This document shows positions 1-10,557 of a DNA stretch of 64,000 nucleotides, one piece after another. The stretch covers positions 4,650,001-4,714,000 of the forward strand of contig CM035362.1 in the NCBI GenBank assembly GCA_020137815.1, written 5' to 3'. Position 1 is the first letter of the stretch; each line of letters opens with the position of its first letter. The notes beneath the pieces were generated by a model that was given only the letters and a program-made list of their open reading frames with translations, searched no databases and was not told where the DNA came from. A program made the translations under genes and the position numbers. The stretch comes from Hormiphora californensis. Its lineage: Eukaryota > Animalia > Ctenophora.

Positions 1-891
1 GACTCGAGCCCAACATGCCTCTGCGTCTCCCTTGTTGTTGTAATCCTCGCATGTTATCTCCAACTTGTTGTTTGTACTACTTGATTGGCCATATCTGCAG
101 GAATTAACAAGTGAGTGTTGGATTAGGGGGTGATTAGTGGGTGATTAGGGGGTGATTAGAAGGTGATTAGAAGGTGATTAGCAGGTGATTAGTGGGTGAT
201 TATTACAGTAAAACCGTGACATCGTGGTGATATATGGTGGTTATATTTGTTAACCACTGATACACACAATCTACCAAAGGTAAACATTGTAGAATGTAGA
301 TAAAATATCTGATACATTTGCAGCTAGGTTGGAATTTAATTTGATATAGAATGCAAGATGTGAAGTATGGTTCGGGTTTGGTTTGGTTTGGTTTGGGCCG
401 CTCATCTGGGACTGTACACACAGCCATGGGCCAAGTCAGCATAGTGCCGGATGAAAAACAGTACAGTACGCAAGTACTCTTAATTGTACAAGGCGTACAT
501 TGTACATTTAATATAAATCAAGCAATTATTCATGCTCGTTGTTTTGACTTCATCAATTATTCATGCACACATTGGAACACATTGTCAGGTTTGACAAATA
601 TAGATTTAGGGAACCATAATAACGCGAAACTAAATTTCGACTTTCGATACCATTAGGGTGTCCCAATTTCAGCACATGATAAATTACAGGGTGTCCCACT
701 GTCTTTGACCCACAATCACAGGTCACGCAAAGTACAGCCAATGAAAGAACTTACGCAATTGCTAACTCCTCACATTTAGTGATATCAGCTGGACGGTAGA
801 CACACCAAGTTATAGACAAACTGGACGCAGACCCAGACAGAAACAGTAACAGGAGCAGAGAGCTTAACATACACGAAGCAAAACTTGACAT
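1..891 (-). CDS. Transferrin-family secreted protein, 5' part (exon 1 891-755, exon 2 94-1, continues beyond window)
   Basis: Spliced translation MSSFASCMLSSLLLLLFLSGSASSLSITWCVYRPADITKCEELAIA|YGQSSSTNNKLEITCEDYNNKGDAEACWARV. Signal peptide, then a WC..KC / C...C spacing like the start of a transferrin N-lobe. Donor GC|gtaagt and acceptor ctgcag| are phase-compatible. Confidence 0.7.
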
Positions 892-1020
892 TTTAAAGGG
901 GGGAGATTGAAATGAGAAATGGGATTGAGAAGGAGGGATTTATATTGGCATTGGCATTACTTGGAAAGATTTGATCTTAAAATAACAAACTTCTACCGAG
1001 GATACATGGAACATGTGCGT

Positions 1021-1110
1021 AGGAATTAGGATGTAATTTCCAGGAATTAGGATGTAATTTCCTGGAAATTTGGATGTAATTTCCAGAAATTAGGATGTGA
1101 TATCTAGGAA
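1021..1110. repeat. ~21-bp minisatellite (ggaattaggatgtaatttcca), about 4 copies
   Basis: Direct tandem units visible in the sequence. Confidence 0.85.
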
Positions 1111-1410
1111 ATTCAATACTGCATCAGTAAATGTTGTATATACAAAAGATTCGTTTTTGAGGTTTCTTCCCAAGTTGAATCTATAAACACCGCTTTCCCA
1201 GAAATCAATGTTTACATTTTCCTGCTCTGTTATAAAAGTGGACCACGTAAAGGCGGATCTTTTGAAGATGTAACCCCAAACTTGTGCTTTCCCTGTGTGA
1301 TATATCACATGTGTTAGAAAATGATAAATGATAGTCATCATATTCTAATACATGCACCACACTTTAATGAGTGATAGGCACACGAAAAAATCGCCAGCGT
1401 TAACGAAAGC

Positions 1411-1962
1411 GTTAAAATCTGGGTGTTTCGAGTGTCAGTACTCACGGTTTTTAGTGTTAGGGCTAAAGTAGGTTTAGGGTTAGGGTTGGGGTTAGGGTTG
1501 GGGTTAGGCGGTAGGCTTTGACATTTCCTATCAGATAAACTTTGGATTATCCACAACGGTTGACTGGTTTGGCGGTTAGAGCCATTTTGGTGCAAGGTAC
1601 TTTTTGGCCAGACCACAACGGCGCCCGAGTTGTCGCGACGAAAAAATCGTGTGCACAAAAAGGGCGTGATTATAATCTGGGTGCCTTGCGGTCTGTTTAC
1701 AGGTGCGCGCTACGGGCTACCAAAAGAGTACACTTAGACAGATTTTTTCAAACGGCTATAGCCACGCAACCACATGGCCAATTTGAGTAAACTAAACGAT
1801 AACTGATAGAAAATCGATAGCCCTAACCGATAACCCCAAACCAAACCCTAACCAGACCCTAACGGATAGCCCTAACGAGTAACGGGGTGCTACCACTGCC
1901 CTAACCCGTCGCGCGCGCTAAAACTACGAATTGTTAGCAATGAAAGGCACCCAGATTTTAAC
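1411..1962. mobile_element. Non-autonomous TIR element with internal TTAGGG/CCCTAA-like tracts
   Basis: Inverted ends gttaaaatctgggtg (1411) and cacccagattttaac (to 1962). Telomere-like repeats at about 1455-1510 and 1820-1910. The same end motif recurs at about 1672 and 10062-10091. Confidence 0.55.
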
Positions 1963-3039
1963 CTTTTTTTCCTTTTTTTTCGGGAAACGGCAATCCGACA
2001 CCGGGGTCTCAGATAATAAACGCACACCACGATCTACAAAGTGGTATAACACCGAAGTGTCGATTGTATTAACGTTTTCCGCACAAAAATAAGGACGCCG
2101 ATTTTTTTAGATCGTGTGGAGCATGGGCGATGCGCGGGTTTTGGCACTTTTTCTATGATATCGCTGTTCGTAGCGCGCGAAAAATATCCATTTATGCGAC
2201 GCCGCGGTTCAAAATCCAGAAAAAAAATCGCTTATCAAATAAAAATAAAAATAAAATTAAAATGCCAAAACACACAAAACACACAAAACACAGCAAACTT
2301 GGAATGCGCTGCAGCCCCCTCATGCGCGCACCCCCGCAACGAGGGGACTGGAGGGAATGCCGCGCGCGCGTTTGGCCTGAGCCCGGCTGGGTCGAAAATA
2401 ACTTTGCGGTCGAAAAAACGGCGGTGCTTATAACTTTGGCCCCTGAAGTCCGTTTTGCTTGATTCTTTCACTAGCTGTTAGATCTGACAATTATCTACCT
2501 TGCTGTTTTTGAGAGAAGTTAATTGGACTTGAGGAGGCTGAGCAATAGCCGTTCAAAGATTGGTTGTTTTCAAAAAGTGACGTCACAGGTCTCTGCAGGG
2601 ACACTTTGTTTCAAATTTGAATTAAAATCTCGAATTTTTTATTTTACCGCACTCGATTTTGCGGAGTTTGGTTCATATCTCCTGTTCCTGATAAGATAGA
2701 GACCTGAAACCGGTTGCATTTGAAAGCTGTTATCTTCCTCTTTCCAACGCTACCAAAACGATTTCTGTACCTTATCTGGAACCGGAGAAATGATTAATTA
2801 TGTATTCCCCCCTAGCGCGGTATTCCCTCCAGGCCCCTTATATTATATTATAAGGGGCCTGCAACGTATGCCAAACAGCAAACTTTGTTTGGAATGTGCA
2901 GCAACCCCCTCATGCATTGCAGGCTGCAGCCCCGGAAGGCGTCGCCTAAAGCGTAATCCACAACGTCAAAAACGCAGTCCGCTGACATTGAATGAAAATT
3001 CTTAATTTCAACCCAATCCCTAATCAAATATTCAAGTGG

Positions 3040-3659
3040 AAGAAGAGAAGGGGAATAACAGCACTAAGCAAGGAACTCCACTTTCTACCTATTTCTGCGA
3101 GGATTCAATATAAAATCGCTCTCTTGATGTACAATGTAAAGTACACCCCAAACTACTATGTCCCTCACTCGGGTTTTGTGAAATTTCCCACGGTCATAAC
3201 TCCACTCCCTGATGAGATAGAGACTTGAAATTTGTTTTGTACGAAGAACTCGATATGATCTCCCTACAAAACAAATTTCAAGTCTCTATCTTATCAGGGG
3301 GTGGAGCTATGGCCGTCTAAAATCCGGTCGCGCGCAGCAAGGGACATAGTAGTTTGGGGGGACCTTTAGTTCATGGTCAGACTCCAGAATACTTGAAGGA
3401 TGATGTTGGAAAAAAAAATGTTGGAATGAGGCAGAGGAAACAGATTGGACTAAGAGCGGACGACGATAGTACCCTGTTGGAAGAGAAAATACATTGTAGC
3501 CTCAAGCTTCGACACAATGTTACTAAACGTGGTATCTCTATAGCTGGTCCAGTCGTATGGAACAGGCTACCACGACTCCTAAGAGAATCAGCCTCTGTTG
3601 CAGAGTTCAAAAAGTACCTGAAACATCATCTATTTATTGAAAGTTTCGGTTGTTCTTAG
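3040..3659 (+). pseudogene. Degenerate 3' fragment of an L2/CR1-group LINE ORF2, split by a MITE
   Basis: ELHFLPISARIQYKIALLMYN / LVHGQTPEYL ... ISIAGPVVWNRLP ... FKKYLKHHLF matches the C-terminal domain of the intact ORF2 at 5647-8667. Confidence 0.8.
3140..3365. mobile_element. Palindromic MITE (Kolobok-like, degenerate TTAA site) inserted in the LINE fragment
   Basis: ccccaaactactatgtccct ... agggacatagtagtttgggg plus inner inverted arms. AG...CT termini with gtaa/ttag flanks. Confidence 0.7.
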
Positions 3660-4450
3660 GAGTGGTTAGTCGGTCATTGAAATCTACCTGTCTTCTGAGT
3701 TTTCCCTCTTATTTCTACATTTCCTGGGTTCTGAGTTCCTATGGCTACTACTGGTTTTCCTGGGTTTCTACTGGGTTCCTATGGTTACTACTGGTTTTCC
3801 TTGGTTTCTACTTGCTTCCTTGGTTTCCTGGGTCATCTTGGTATGTCTGACGTCTGCACCATCTTTCCAGCACCTGCACACCCTCATCCTTTCCAGGGCA
3901 CCATTTTCCATTAAGCTGTGCAGTGTATCCTTGTCCTCCTCCAGGCCACAGCTTCTGATTCTCTAAATTGCGTATCTCCTGTCTGGCTTCCGTTGGAACT
4001 ACACATGGTCCTTTCCTGGGTTCCCGTGTCCTGTCTCATCTATCACTACTCGGTATTCATTGCCACCACGCCCTAATGGCTTATGCACTGGTCCAAATTC
4101 CAGACTTCCACTCCCTTCCATCCCACTATACCTATGTCCTACTACACCTACTACATTCCTTCCTACATCTACATTCCTTTCTACATCTACCTGAGACTTA
4201 GTAGAGGGACCACCCATGACAGAGTATTTTAGGTTCTTTGTGTGTATTTTGTTTCAAACTTTTCAACACTACTTTAAACAAATTAATTTGAGTGTTCCGC
4301 TTGTAATCTCTTTGGCGATCCGTGTCAGTGCTAATTTTCTGGTTTTTAATATCTCTAAGTAGCGTAAATCTCTGTGGGCTTTTTTGAACGTTCTTGGAGT
4401 ATTGGGAGTCAGTTTTAGTGCTGTCCAGGAGTGTGAACCGGTGTTTTAGG

Positions 4451-5740
4451 ATGAACGATTTTGATGAAGTTACGAATAGAGAGGAGTTTGATAGTACTAT
4501 GGCTAGAACTGTTTTTTCTGATAGGTCGGGGGGTCAGGGTTGTGTTGTCCTGAGGCGTCTGCTCGACGCGGGAAAGGCTCCGGAGGGGGTCACCAAAGAC
4601 CAGCTCTGGATACTCCTGATGAAGACCCATTCTCTGCTACCTTCTGGAACAAGAACACGTTTCGACAGTTGCGGAAGCTCAGTAGCTGACATCTCTATCG
4701 GACATGCTGACTTACTGAAGGAAAGTTTTGAGAGTCTTAAATCTGATTTATTGAGTACGATCGAAAGGAAAGTGGAGGACAAGGTGACAGCGATTTTACA
4801 GAAAACTGTTTCTGATAATGAAGAGGAGAAAGTGGCTGTACCCCCAATGAGACGTTATGTTGATATCAAACTAGATACAACTGTCACTGAGGATGATGAC
4901 TCGGTACCGGTGTGTCCTAAAGTGCAATGGGCTGATCATGTAAGGCCTAAAGTGGAGGAGGCACTGAAAGGAGTTCCAGTATTGAATACAGTAGTCAACA
5001 AGGGGAGTGTTAGACTATCGTTCCAGACAGAGGACCAGCTCAAGGAGGCTAAGGATGTTCTATCCCCGGTGTTTGCGCAGGATGTCCAGATGTTTACGGA
5101 AAAGAAAGCCTATCTCGACCCAAGAATTGCGATAAATGATTTGGGAGAGGATTTACTAAACAAGGAGGCACTGTTTGCAGAATTGGCAAGTGTGAAGAAT
5201 GAGAGAATCAAGACTCTTGTTGACCAAGGAGAGACATTGAAGGTCATCCATATCAATTCTAGAGGAAAATTTGCGGTGCTTCAGGTGTCACCAGAGATCC
5301 GGAGGGTTATTGCATCGAACAAAGATAAGATATTCCTGAGACTTCGGCAACATTCTGTGCGAGATCGGTTCCATGTAATTCAGTGCTTTCACTGTCAGGA
5401 ATTTGGACATGTGGCAGGCTCGATCAGGTGCTCAAAGAAGGATGATTCAGCAGTTTGTGCATTCTGTTCTGGAAGGCATGAGACAAGGGAGTGTAACAAC
5501 AGGAAGAGGAATGATGTGGGAAGGATGGTGTGTGTTAACTGTAACAACAGTAGCAGTAGAGAGGACAAAAGATACGCCAAGACTCATATGGCTTCAAGTG
5601 CATTGTGTCCGTACTACATCAATGAACGTGGACGACTGATGGATAGGACAAGTGGTGTGACCAAAGAGGAAAAAAACGGCTACAGGACGAGGGCAATGGA
5701 GGATCTGCGAACAAAACGACTTGGAGGATCGGGACGTTAA
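4451..5740 (+). CDS. LINE ORF1, Gag-like with three zinc knuckles
   Basis: Motifs CFHCQEFGHVAGSIRC, CAFCSGRHETREC and CVNC...HMASSALCP. First ATG at 4451. Confidence 0.9.
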   Translation: MNDFDEVTNREEFDSTMARTVFSDRSGGQGCVVLRRLLDAGKAPEGVTKDQLWILLMKTHSLLPSGTRTRFDSCGSSVADISIGHADLLKESFESLKSDLLSTIERKVEDKVTAILQKTVSDNEEEKVAVPPMRRYVDIKLDTTVTEDDDSVPVCPKVQWADHVRPKVEEALKGVPVLNTVVNKGSVRLSFQTEDQLKEAKDVLSPVFAQDVQMFTEKKAYLDPRIAINDLGEDLLNKEALFAELASVKNERIKTLVDQGETLKVIHINSRGKFAVLQVSPEIRRVIASNKDKIFLRLRQHSVRDRFHVIQCFHCQEFGHVAGSIRCSKKDDSAVCAFCSGRHETRECNNRKRNDVGRMVCVNCNNSSSREDKRYAKTHMASSALCPYYINERGRLMDRTSGVTKEEKNGYRTRAMEDLRTKRLGGSGR

Positions 5741-8667
5741 ATGTGCATTCGATTATGAACAAAACAGGAGGAGTTATTGCACATCTGGAGGAGAAGGAAT
5801 GTGACGTGTGTCTTATCCAAGAAACATATCTGAAGGTCACTGACACGGCTAAAATACAGGAAATAAAAGATAATGGCTGGAACATCTTTTCTAGTCCGAG
5901 GAATGAGCGGTCTGGAGGTGGAATTGGAGTCTTATACCGGGATGGAGTGATGGTAAAATTGGCACCGGTGAAGTACAAGTTTAAAACTTTTCAAGTCCAG
6001 GAGGTTCTAATCGGAGGAGAAGAGGATTTACTGAGACTCTGTAACATTTACAGACCCCCATATACTGGAAAGGCAAGATACACAGAGGCAAACTTCCTTG
6101 ATGAAATCAATGATTACTTCTCTGACCTACTAATGAAAACTGGCAACCCCTTAATTATGGGTGACTTCAATTTTCAAGTTCAGGATGAGGAAAATTTCTA
6201 TGCACGGAAGCTGCTAGAAATGTTGGATTCTTTCGATTTCATGCAGAATGTTCCAGCAGAACCTACTCATGTTAGAGGAGGAACCCTGGATCTGGTCATT
6301 TGTCAACGGGATTTGGCTGGTAAGATGAGGAGGCTTAACATCTTTCCTGAAGGAACTTTGTCGGATCATTTCTTGGTAACAGTGGATGTGGAACTTAATA
6401 CCCCTGGAAAGGATTTCATTACTCGGAAAAGGATTAACATGTATCGTGACTTCAAGTCTGTGGATGTGGAGGCTTTCAGGAGGGAGTTGCAAGGAGAGTG
6501 TCTTGAGGTTCCAGATGGTGCATCAGTGGAGGATACGCTTGGAATTTATGACAAAGCACTGAATAGTGTCGTGGAACGCCTGGTCCAGATGAAGCGGCGA
6601 AAACCAATGAAGAACCGGAGACCTTGGAGGGATAGACAAGATGTGAGAGAAGCTCTCAGAAAGAGGAGGCAAGCGGAGAGAGCTTGGGAGAAAAACAAGA
6701 CCGGTTTAAACAAGGCACAGTACAAAGACCTCCAGAGGAAATTTAACAAGATTGACAAAGAGGCAAGGATGGAGTTTGTGAAGAAGAATCTAGAGGAGGT
6801 TAAGGATGACCCAGCGGCTCTCCAGAAGAGACTTGGGCATGTACTGGGGAAGACGGAGACATCGTTACCAAGTGGACCTTCAGATAAGAAATTGGCGGAT
6901 GAATTTGCATCATTCTTTAGTGGAAAGATTGAAAAGATCAGGTCGGTTATCCTTGAGGAACAGGAGAGGAATCCGGATGAGGAACCCGTGTCATCGGCGG
7001 TACATGGAGGATGTACGCTTAATCAGTTTGAGGAAATCTCGGTTGGTGGGCTGATCCAGATGGTGAAGGAACTTTCCAGTAAGACGTGTGATTTAGACCC
7101 TATCCCTACTTGGCTGGTGAAGGACTGTCTCGAGGAGTTAGCGCCAATCCTAACGGAAATTGTAAACAAATCACTGAAGCGGGCATGTGTTCCTGATGCT
7201 CTGCAAGGAGCACTGGTTATGCCTACTATCAAGAACCCGAACGGTGATAAGGACCTGCTGTCGAACTACAGACCGGTATCGAACATAGCGTTTGTTTCAA
7301 AGCTACTGGAAAAGGTTGTCCTCACTCAGTTGAATGGATACCTATGGAAAAATGATCTACTTAACCCCAACCAATCGGGGTATAGAGTTGGGCACAGCTG
7401 TGAGACTCTTCTTGCGGGTATGTTTGATGACCTTCTAAAGGATTTGGACTCTGGAAAAGTTGCTGCACTCATGCTTCTTGACATGAGCGCGGCATTCGAC
7501 ACGGTGGACCATCAGGCGCTAATTGGAGTATTAGAGAGGAGATTTGGTGTTACTGGATTGGCGTTGGACTGGTTTAGGAGTTACCTAGGATCGAGGAATT
7601 TTCAAGTGAACATACGAGGAGAACTTTCAGCGGCTATTGCCCTTATCTGTGGGGTTCCACAAGGATCTCTGTTGGGACCGGTTCTTTTTCTACTTTACAT
7701 TGAGGAATTACAGGATATTGCCCGGCCATACGGTTTGAGCATCAAGCTCTATGCTGATGACTCTCAACTATATGTTAGCCTGATACCGACTGATGCGGAT
7801 GGATGGAATGTAACGAAGCAGGCAGTGGAGGAGTGCCTTGGTAACATGAAGAAGTGGATGGTCTCTAACTGGCTAAAGTGTAATGAAGACAAGACAGAGT
7901 TTGTCCTCCTTGGGAAATCTAGCTCTTTGGAAAAGCTCAATTTTGATCCGGTAATAAACTTTGGGGGTACGTCATTAGTACCAATGAAATGCCAAGGACA
8001 GACTGGAAAAACACTAGGAGTACTACTTGATGATCACCTTACGTTGGAGCGTCAGGTAAATAATGTGAAACGACAATGTGGACTGATGCTGAAGAACCTC
8101 TGGCAAGTTAACAAGTGCCTAGACAAGAGTACTAAGATCCTTCTTGTAAAGCAGTTGGTGATATCAAAGATTGACTATTGTAATATCTTGTACTATGGAC
8201 TGCCACAACGAATCCTTCAAAATCTACAGAAGACTCTGAACTCCTGTATACGGTTTGTCTTTAATCTGAATGGTCATCAGGATGATTACATGGAGTATTT
8301 CAGAGAGGCGCACATTCTTCCGATACAGCAGAGATTAACTTTTAAGGCATGCCTGCTGGCTTACAAGATTGTTCGAGGAACTGCCCCTAGGTACTTGTTG
8401 GATCTGGTACCTAGGGATGAGGAATATGGATCACTGAGGATGACGAGGGCTACAACTGTTCCAGACTTTTTCCGGCTAAAATATCCCAAACTGTCAAGTA
8501 TCAATGCAAACTCGAAGTTGCGTCGAAGAAGACTTTCGGTGTTTCTTCCTGACGTATGGAATGATCTCCCCCTTGAGCTCAGATCAGTTCATCCTGTTGA
8601 TCTGTTTAAGACAAGACTAAAGACAAGGTTATTTCAGGAGGCATTCGGATCTGCTTCAGAGTTGTAA
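5647..8667 (+). CDS. LINE ORF2, APE endonuclease + reverse transcriptase (frame open from 5647; no ATG before APE motif I)
   Basis: APE motifs WRIGTLNVHSI, IQET, IYRPP, MGDFN, LDLV, SDH. RT motifs YRPVS, LDMSAAFDTVDH, GVPQGSLLGP, YADD. C-terminal WNDLP..FKTRLKTRLF. Confidence 0.95.
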   Translation, partial: DKWCDQRGKKRLQDEGNGGSANKTTWRIGTLNVHSIMNKTGGVIAHLEEKECDVCLIQETYLKVTDTAKIQEIKDNGWNIFSSPRNERSGGGIGVLYRDGVMVKLAPVKYKFKTFQVQEVLIGGEEDLLRLCNIYRPPYTGKARYTEANFLDEINDYFSDLLMKTGNPLIMGDFNFQVQDEENFYARKLLEMLDSFDFMQNVPAEPTHVRGGTLDLVICQRDLAGKMRRLNIFPEGTLSDHFLVTVDVELNTPGKDFITRKRINMYRDFKSVDVEAFRRELQGECLEVPDGASVEDTLGIYDKALNSVVERLVQMKRRKPMKNRRPWRDRQDVREALRKRRQAERAWEKNKTGLNKAQYKDLQRKFNKIDKEARMEFVKKNLEEVKDDPAALQKRLGHVLGKTETSLPSGPSDKKLADEFASFFSGKIEKIRSVILEEQERNPDEEPVSSAVHGGCTLNQFEEISVGGLIQMVKELSSKTCDLDPIPTWLVKDCLEELAPILTEIVNKSLKRACVPDALQGALVMPTIKNPNGDKDLLSNYRPVSNIAFVSKLLEKVVLTQLNGYLWKNDLLNPNQSGYRVGHSCETLLAGMFDDLLKDLDSGKVAALMLLDMSAAFDTVDHQALIGVLERRFGVTGLALDWFRSYLGSRNFQVNIRGELSAAIALICGVPQGSLLGPVLFLLYIEELQDIARPYGLSIKLYADDSQLYVSLIPTDADGWNVTKQAVEECLGNMKKWMVSNWLKCNEDKTEFVLLGKSSSLEKLNFDPVINFGGTSLVPMKCQGQTGKTLGVLLDDHLTLERQVNNVKRQCGLMLKNLWQVNKCLDKSTKILLVKQLVISKIDYCNILYYGLPQRILQNLQKTLNSCIRFVFNLNGHQDDYMEYFREAHILPIQQRLTFKACLLAYKIVRGTAPRYLLDLVPRDEEYGSLRMTRATTVPDFFRLKYPKLSSINANSKLRRRRLSVFLPDVWNDLPLELRSVHPVDLFKTRLKTRLFQEAFGSASEL

Positions 8668-9409
8668 TCGGAGGTGTCCTATCCTTCCCCTTTCCCGTGT
8701 CGAGCAGGCAATTCTAGCATAGCAATTCCTTACTATTTCCCTTCCTAGGGCTATTATAGCAGGGGGGCTGCTGATGCAGTTGGGCTGACTTTTGTTTGTA
8801 GCATGAGGGCTGCTGGCTCTGTTTCTTTATCCCGATTTATAGTCTGTTATTTAATTGCAGCTAACAAGTTGTTTTCCAGAAGTTTATGTGTCCCGTTTTT
8901 CCTTAGGCTTTTTTCATTTTTTTGGAGTATATAATCAGTAGATGTGTCTATTTTGTTCTAAGTGAGTCAGGATATTAACAATCTTGGTGTACCGCTCTGA
9001 ATCTGGGCAGTGTTGGACTCATGTCAATGATCCAGCCCTGTCTGGACTGAGCGGTATACTAAAAACCCTTTATTATTATTATATTATTATTATTATTAAT
9101 TGTATCTTGGCCTTTCGAGTTTGTGTAGAGTTGAGTAGATGAGGTTGCAGACCGGCTGAGAGGGGCCGACGAAAAAGAAGACGAAAAAGAAGACCATACA
9201 CTCCGTTTTAAACGTTTTTCTCGATAAAAAACTATGCCTTGTATGTCTAGGCAATAATATCCACCGAAACAAACTCTGTATCGAAATACACACTCTCAAG
9301 GACTGCATGTTTGAAGGACAGCTAATTTATTTATTTATTGTTTGCATTATTTGTACAGTTTGTTTGACTTTGGTGGTCTGTCGGTTGGTTGATTTGTTGG
9401 TCTATTTAT

Positions 9410-9560
9410 TTGTCCCGATGTTCTAGCAACTGTTATGATCGTGTTTTGAATGTTCGTGTTATATGTTCGTGTTTTGTATGTCCGTGTTTTGTATGTTCGC
9501 GTTTATGTTCGTGTTTGTTTGTTCGTGTTTTGTTATGCTCGTGTTTTGTATCCGTACCAC
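9410..9560. repeat. Degenerate tgttcgtgttt(tg)ta tandem repeat
   Basis: Repeated 12-15 bp units. Confidence 0.7.
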
Positions 9561-9679
9561 TTTTGAAAGTGAGCGAGTATGTCAAGCGTAGGCTGTTGGT
9601 GCGTGCTCCATTATTTTACACTATAAAGTGGTATTATATATAAATGATTATATTACATTTACATTTACATACATACTAA

Positions 9680-9900
9680 CCAGGGACGGCGCTGGGCCTT
9701 CGGCCCAGCAAGTCCCTGGGTGTCCGGGGCCAGGGGCGGCAGCCTCGGTCAGGGGGTGTGGGGGGTGAGACCCCCCACAAGCAGGGTCCAGGGGCGCAGC
9801 CCCGGCGGGGGCGTAGGGGGCAGAGCCCCCGCAGGCAGGGTCTAGGGGCTGCAAGCCCCGGTGGGGGTTGAGGGGGCGAAGCCCCCCGAAAATTTCGGAC
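9680..9900. repeat. GC-rich hairpin-repeat element (ggggcgcagcccc / gggggcgaagccccc)
   Basis: Several short G5-loop-C5 hairpins in an AT-rich context, typical of a non-autonomous DNA-element interior. Family not assigned. Confidence 0.5.
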
Positions 9901-10557
9901 ATTTTAGGCGTATTTAATCGATTTTAAGCGTTTCTGAACTCCTTTTGTCAAAAATGGAAAAAAAGATGAAAGTTTCCTGATCACGAGAAAAAAAATCATC
10001 CGCGGGACCCTAACCCACTGCAGGCCTTACACCAAAACAACCTTGAGTGCTGAATCAGCACTGCTAACACTCAAGACACCCAGATTTTAACGTTTCCCTT
10101 GTTTCACCCCTGATGTCCATAGTCGACTCTGGATTTTTTATAATGATGTTCATATGTTAAATTTGGTGACTGGTAGTGTTTACTGACACACGATCTCAAA
10201 TGACTTTAATATTGATCATTCTATTAACCTTTCCAAATGACTTTTCAAAGTACATCACAAGAAGATGCGCTTTAGAAAGCGAGTTTTGATCGGGATGATG
10301 CTTATTCATGAGTTGATCGAGAAACTTTTTAGAAAATGGAGAACCCCGTGAGTACCTTTATTTATTTATTATTATTTAATATTGATCAATGTGGATCATT
10401 TTCAAGTTAAATGTTTTTATTTGGTTTACCTCACCTTCCAATAGCCAACCATCCAGCCTAACCCCCTACCCCTCGGTCTGTTTCCGTATTAATATGCTCG
10501 GCTATTCGCGAGGCCCGCCAAGTTCCATATCCCATCTCACTCTTATGTTTTAGGATT

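Larger units (their letters stand above)
4300..9097 (+). mobile_element. Apparently intact non-LTR retrotransposon (L2/CR1 group); 5' end approximate
   Basis: Two uninterrupted ORFs, a 3'UTR hairpin (8990-9056) and a (TTA)n tail at about 9069-9097. No TSD identified. Confidence 0.92.

Noticed and set aside
203-442. Minus-strand ORF as an extra exon of the transferrin-like gene
   Set aside because: Exon 1 joins exon 2 directly with transferrin-like Cys spacing. The insert would disrupt it.
1455-1910. True telomere or chromosome-fusion site
   Set aside because: The repeats are short, degenerate and enclosed by TIRs.
3690-4217. Strand-biased, repetitive stretch with short ORFs upstream of the LINE
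   Set aside because: No recognisable domain and multiple stops. Probably LINE UTR sequence.
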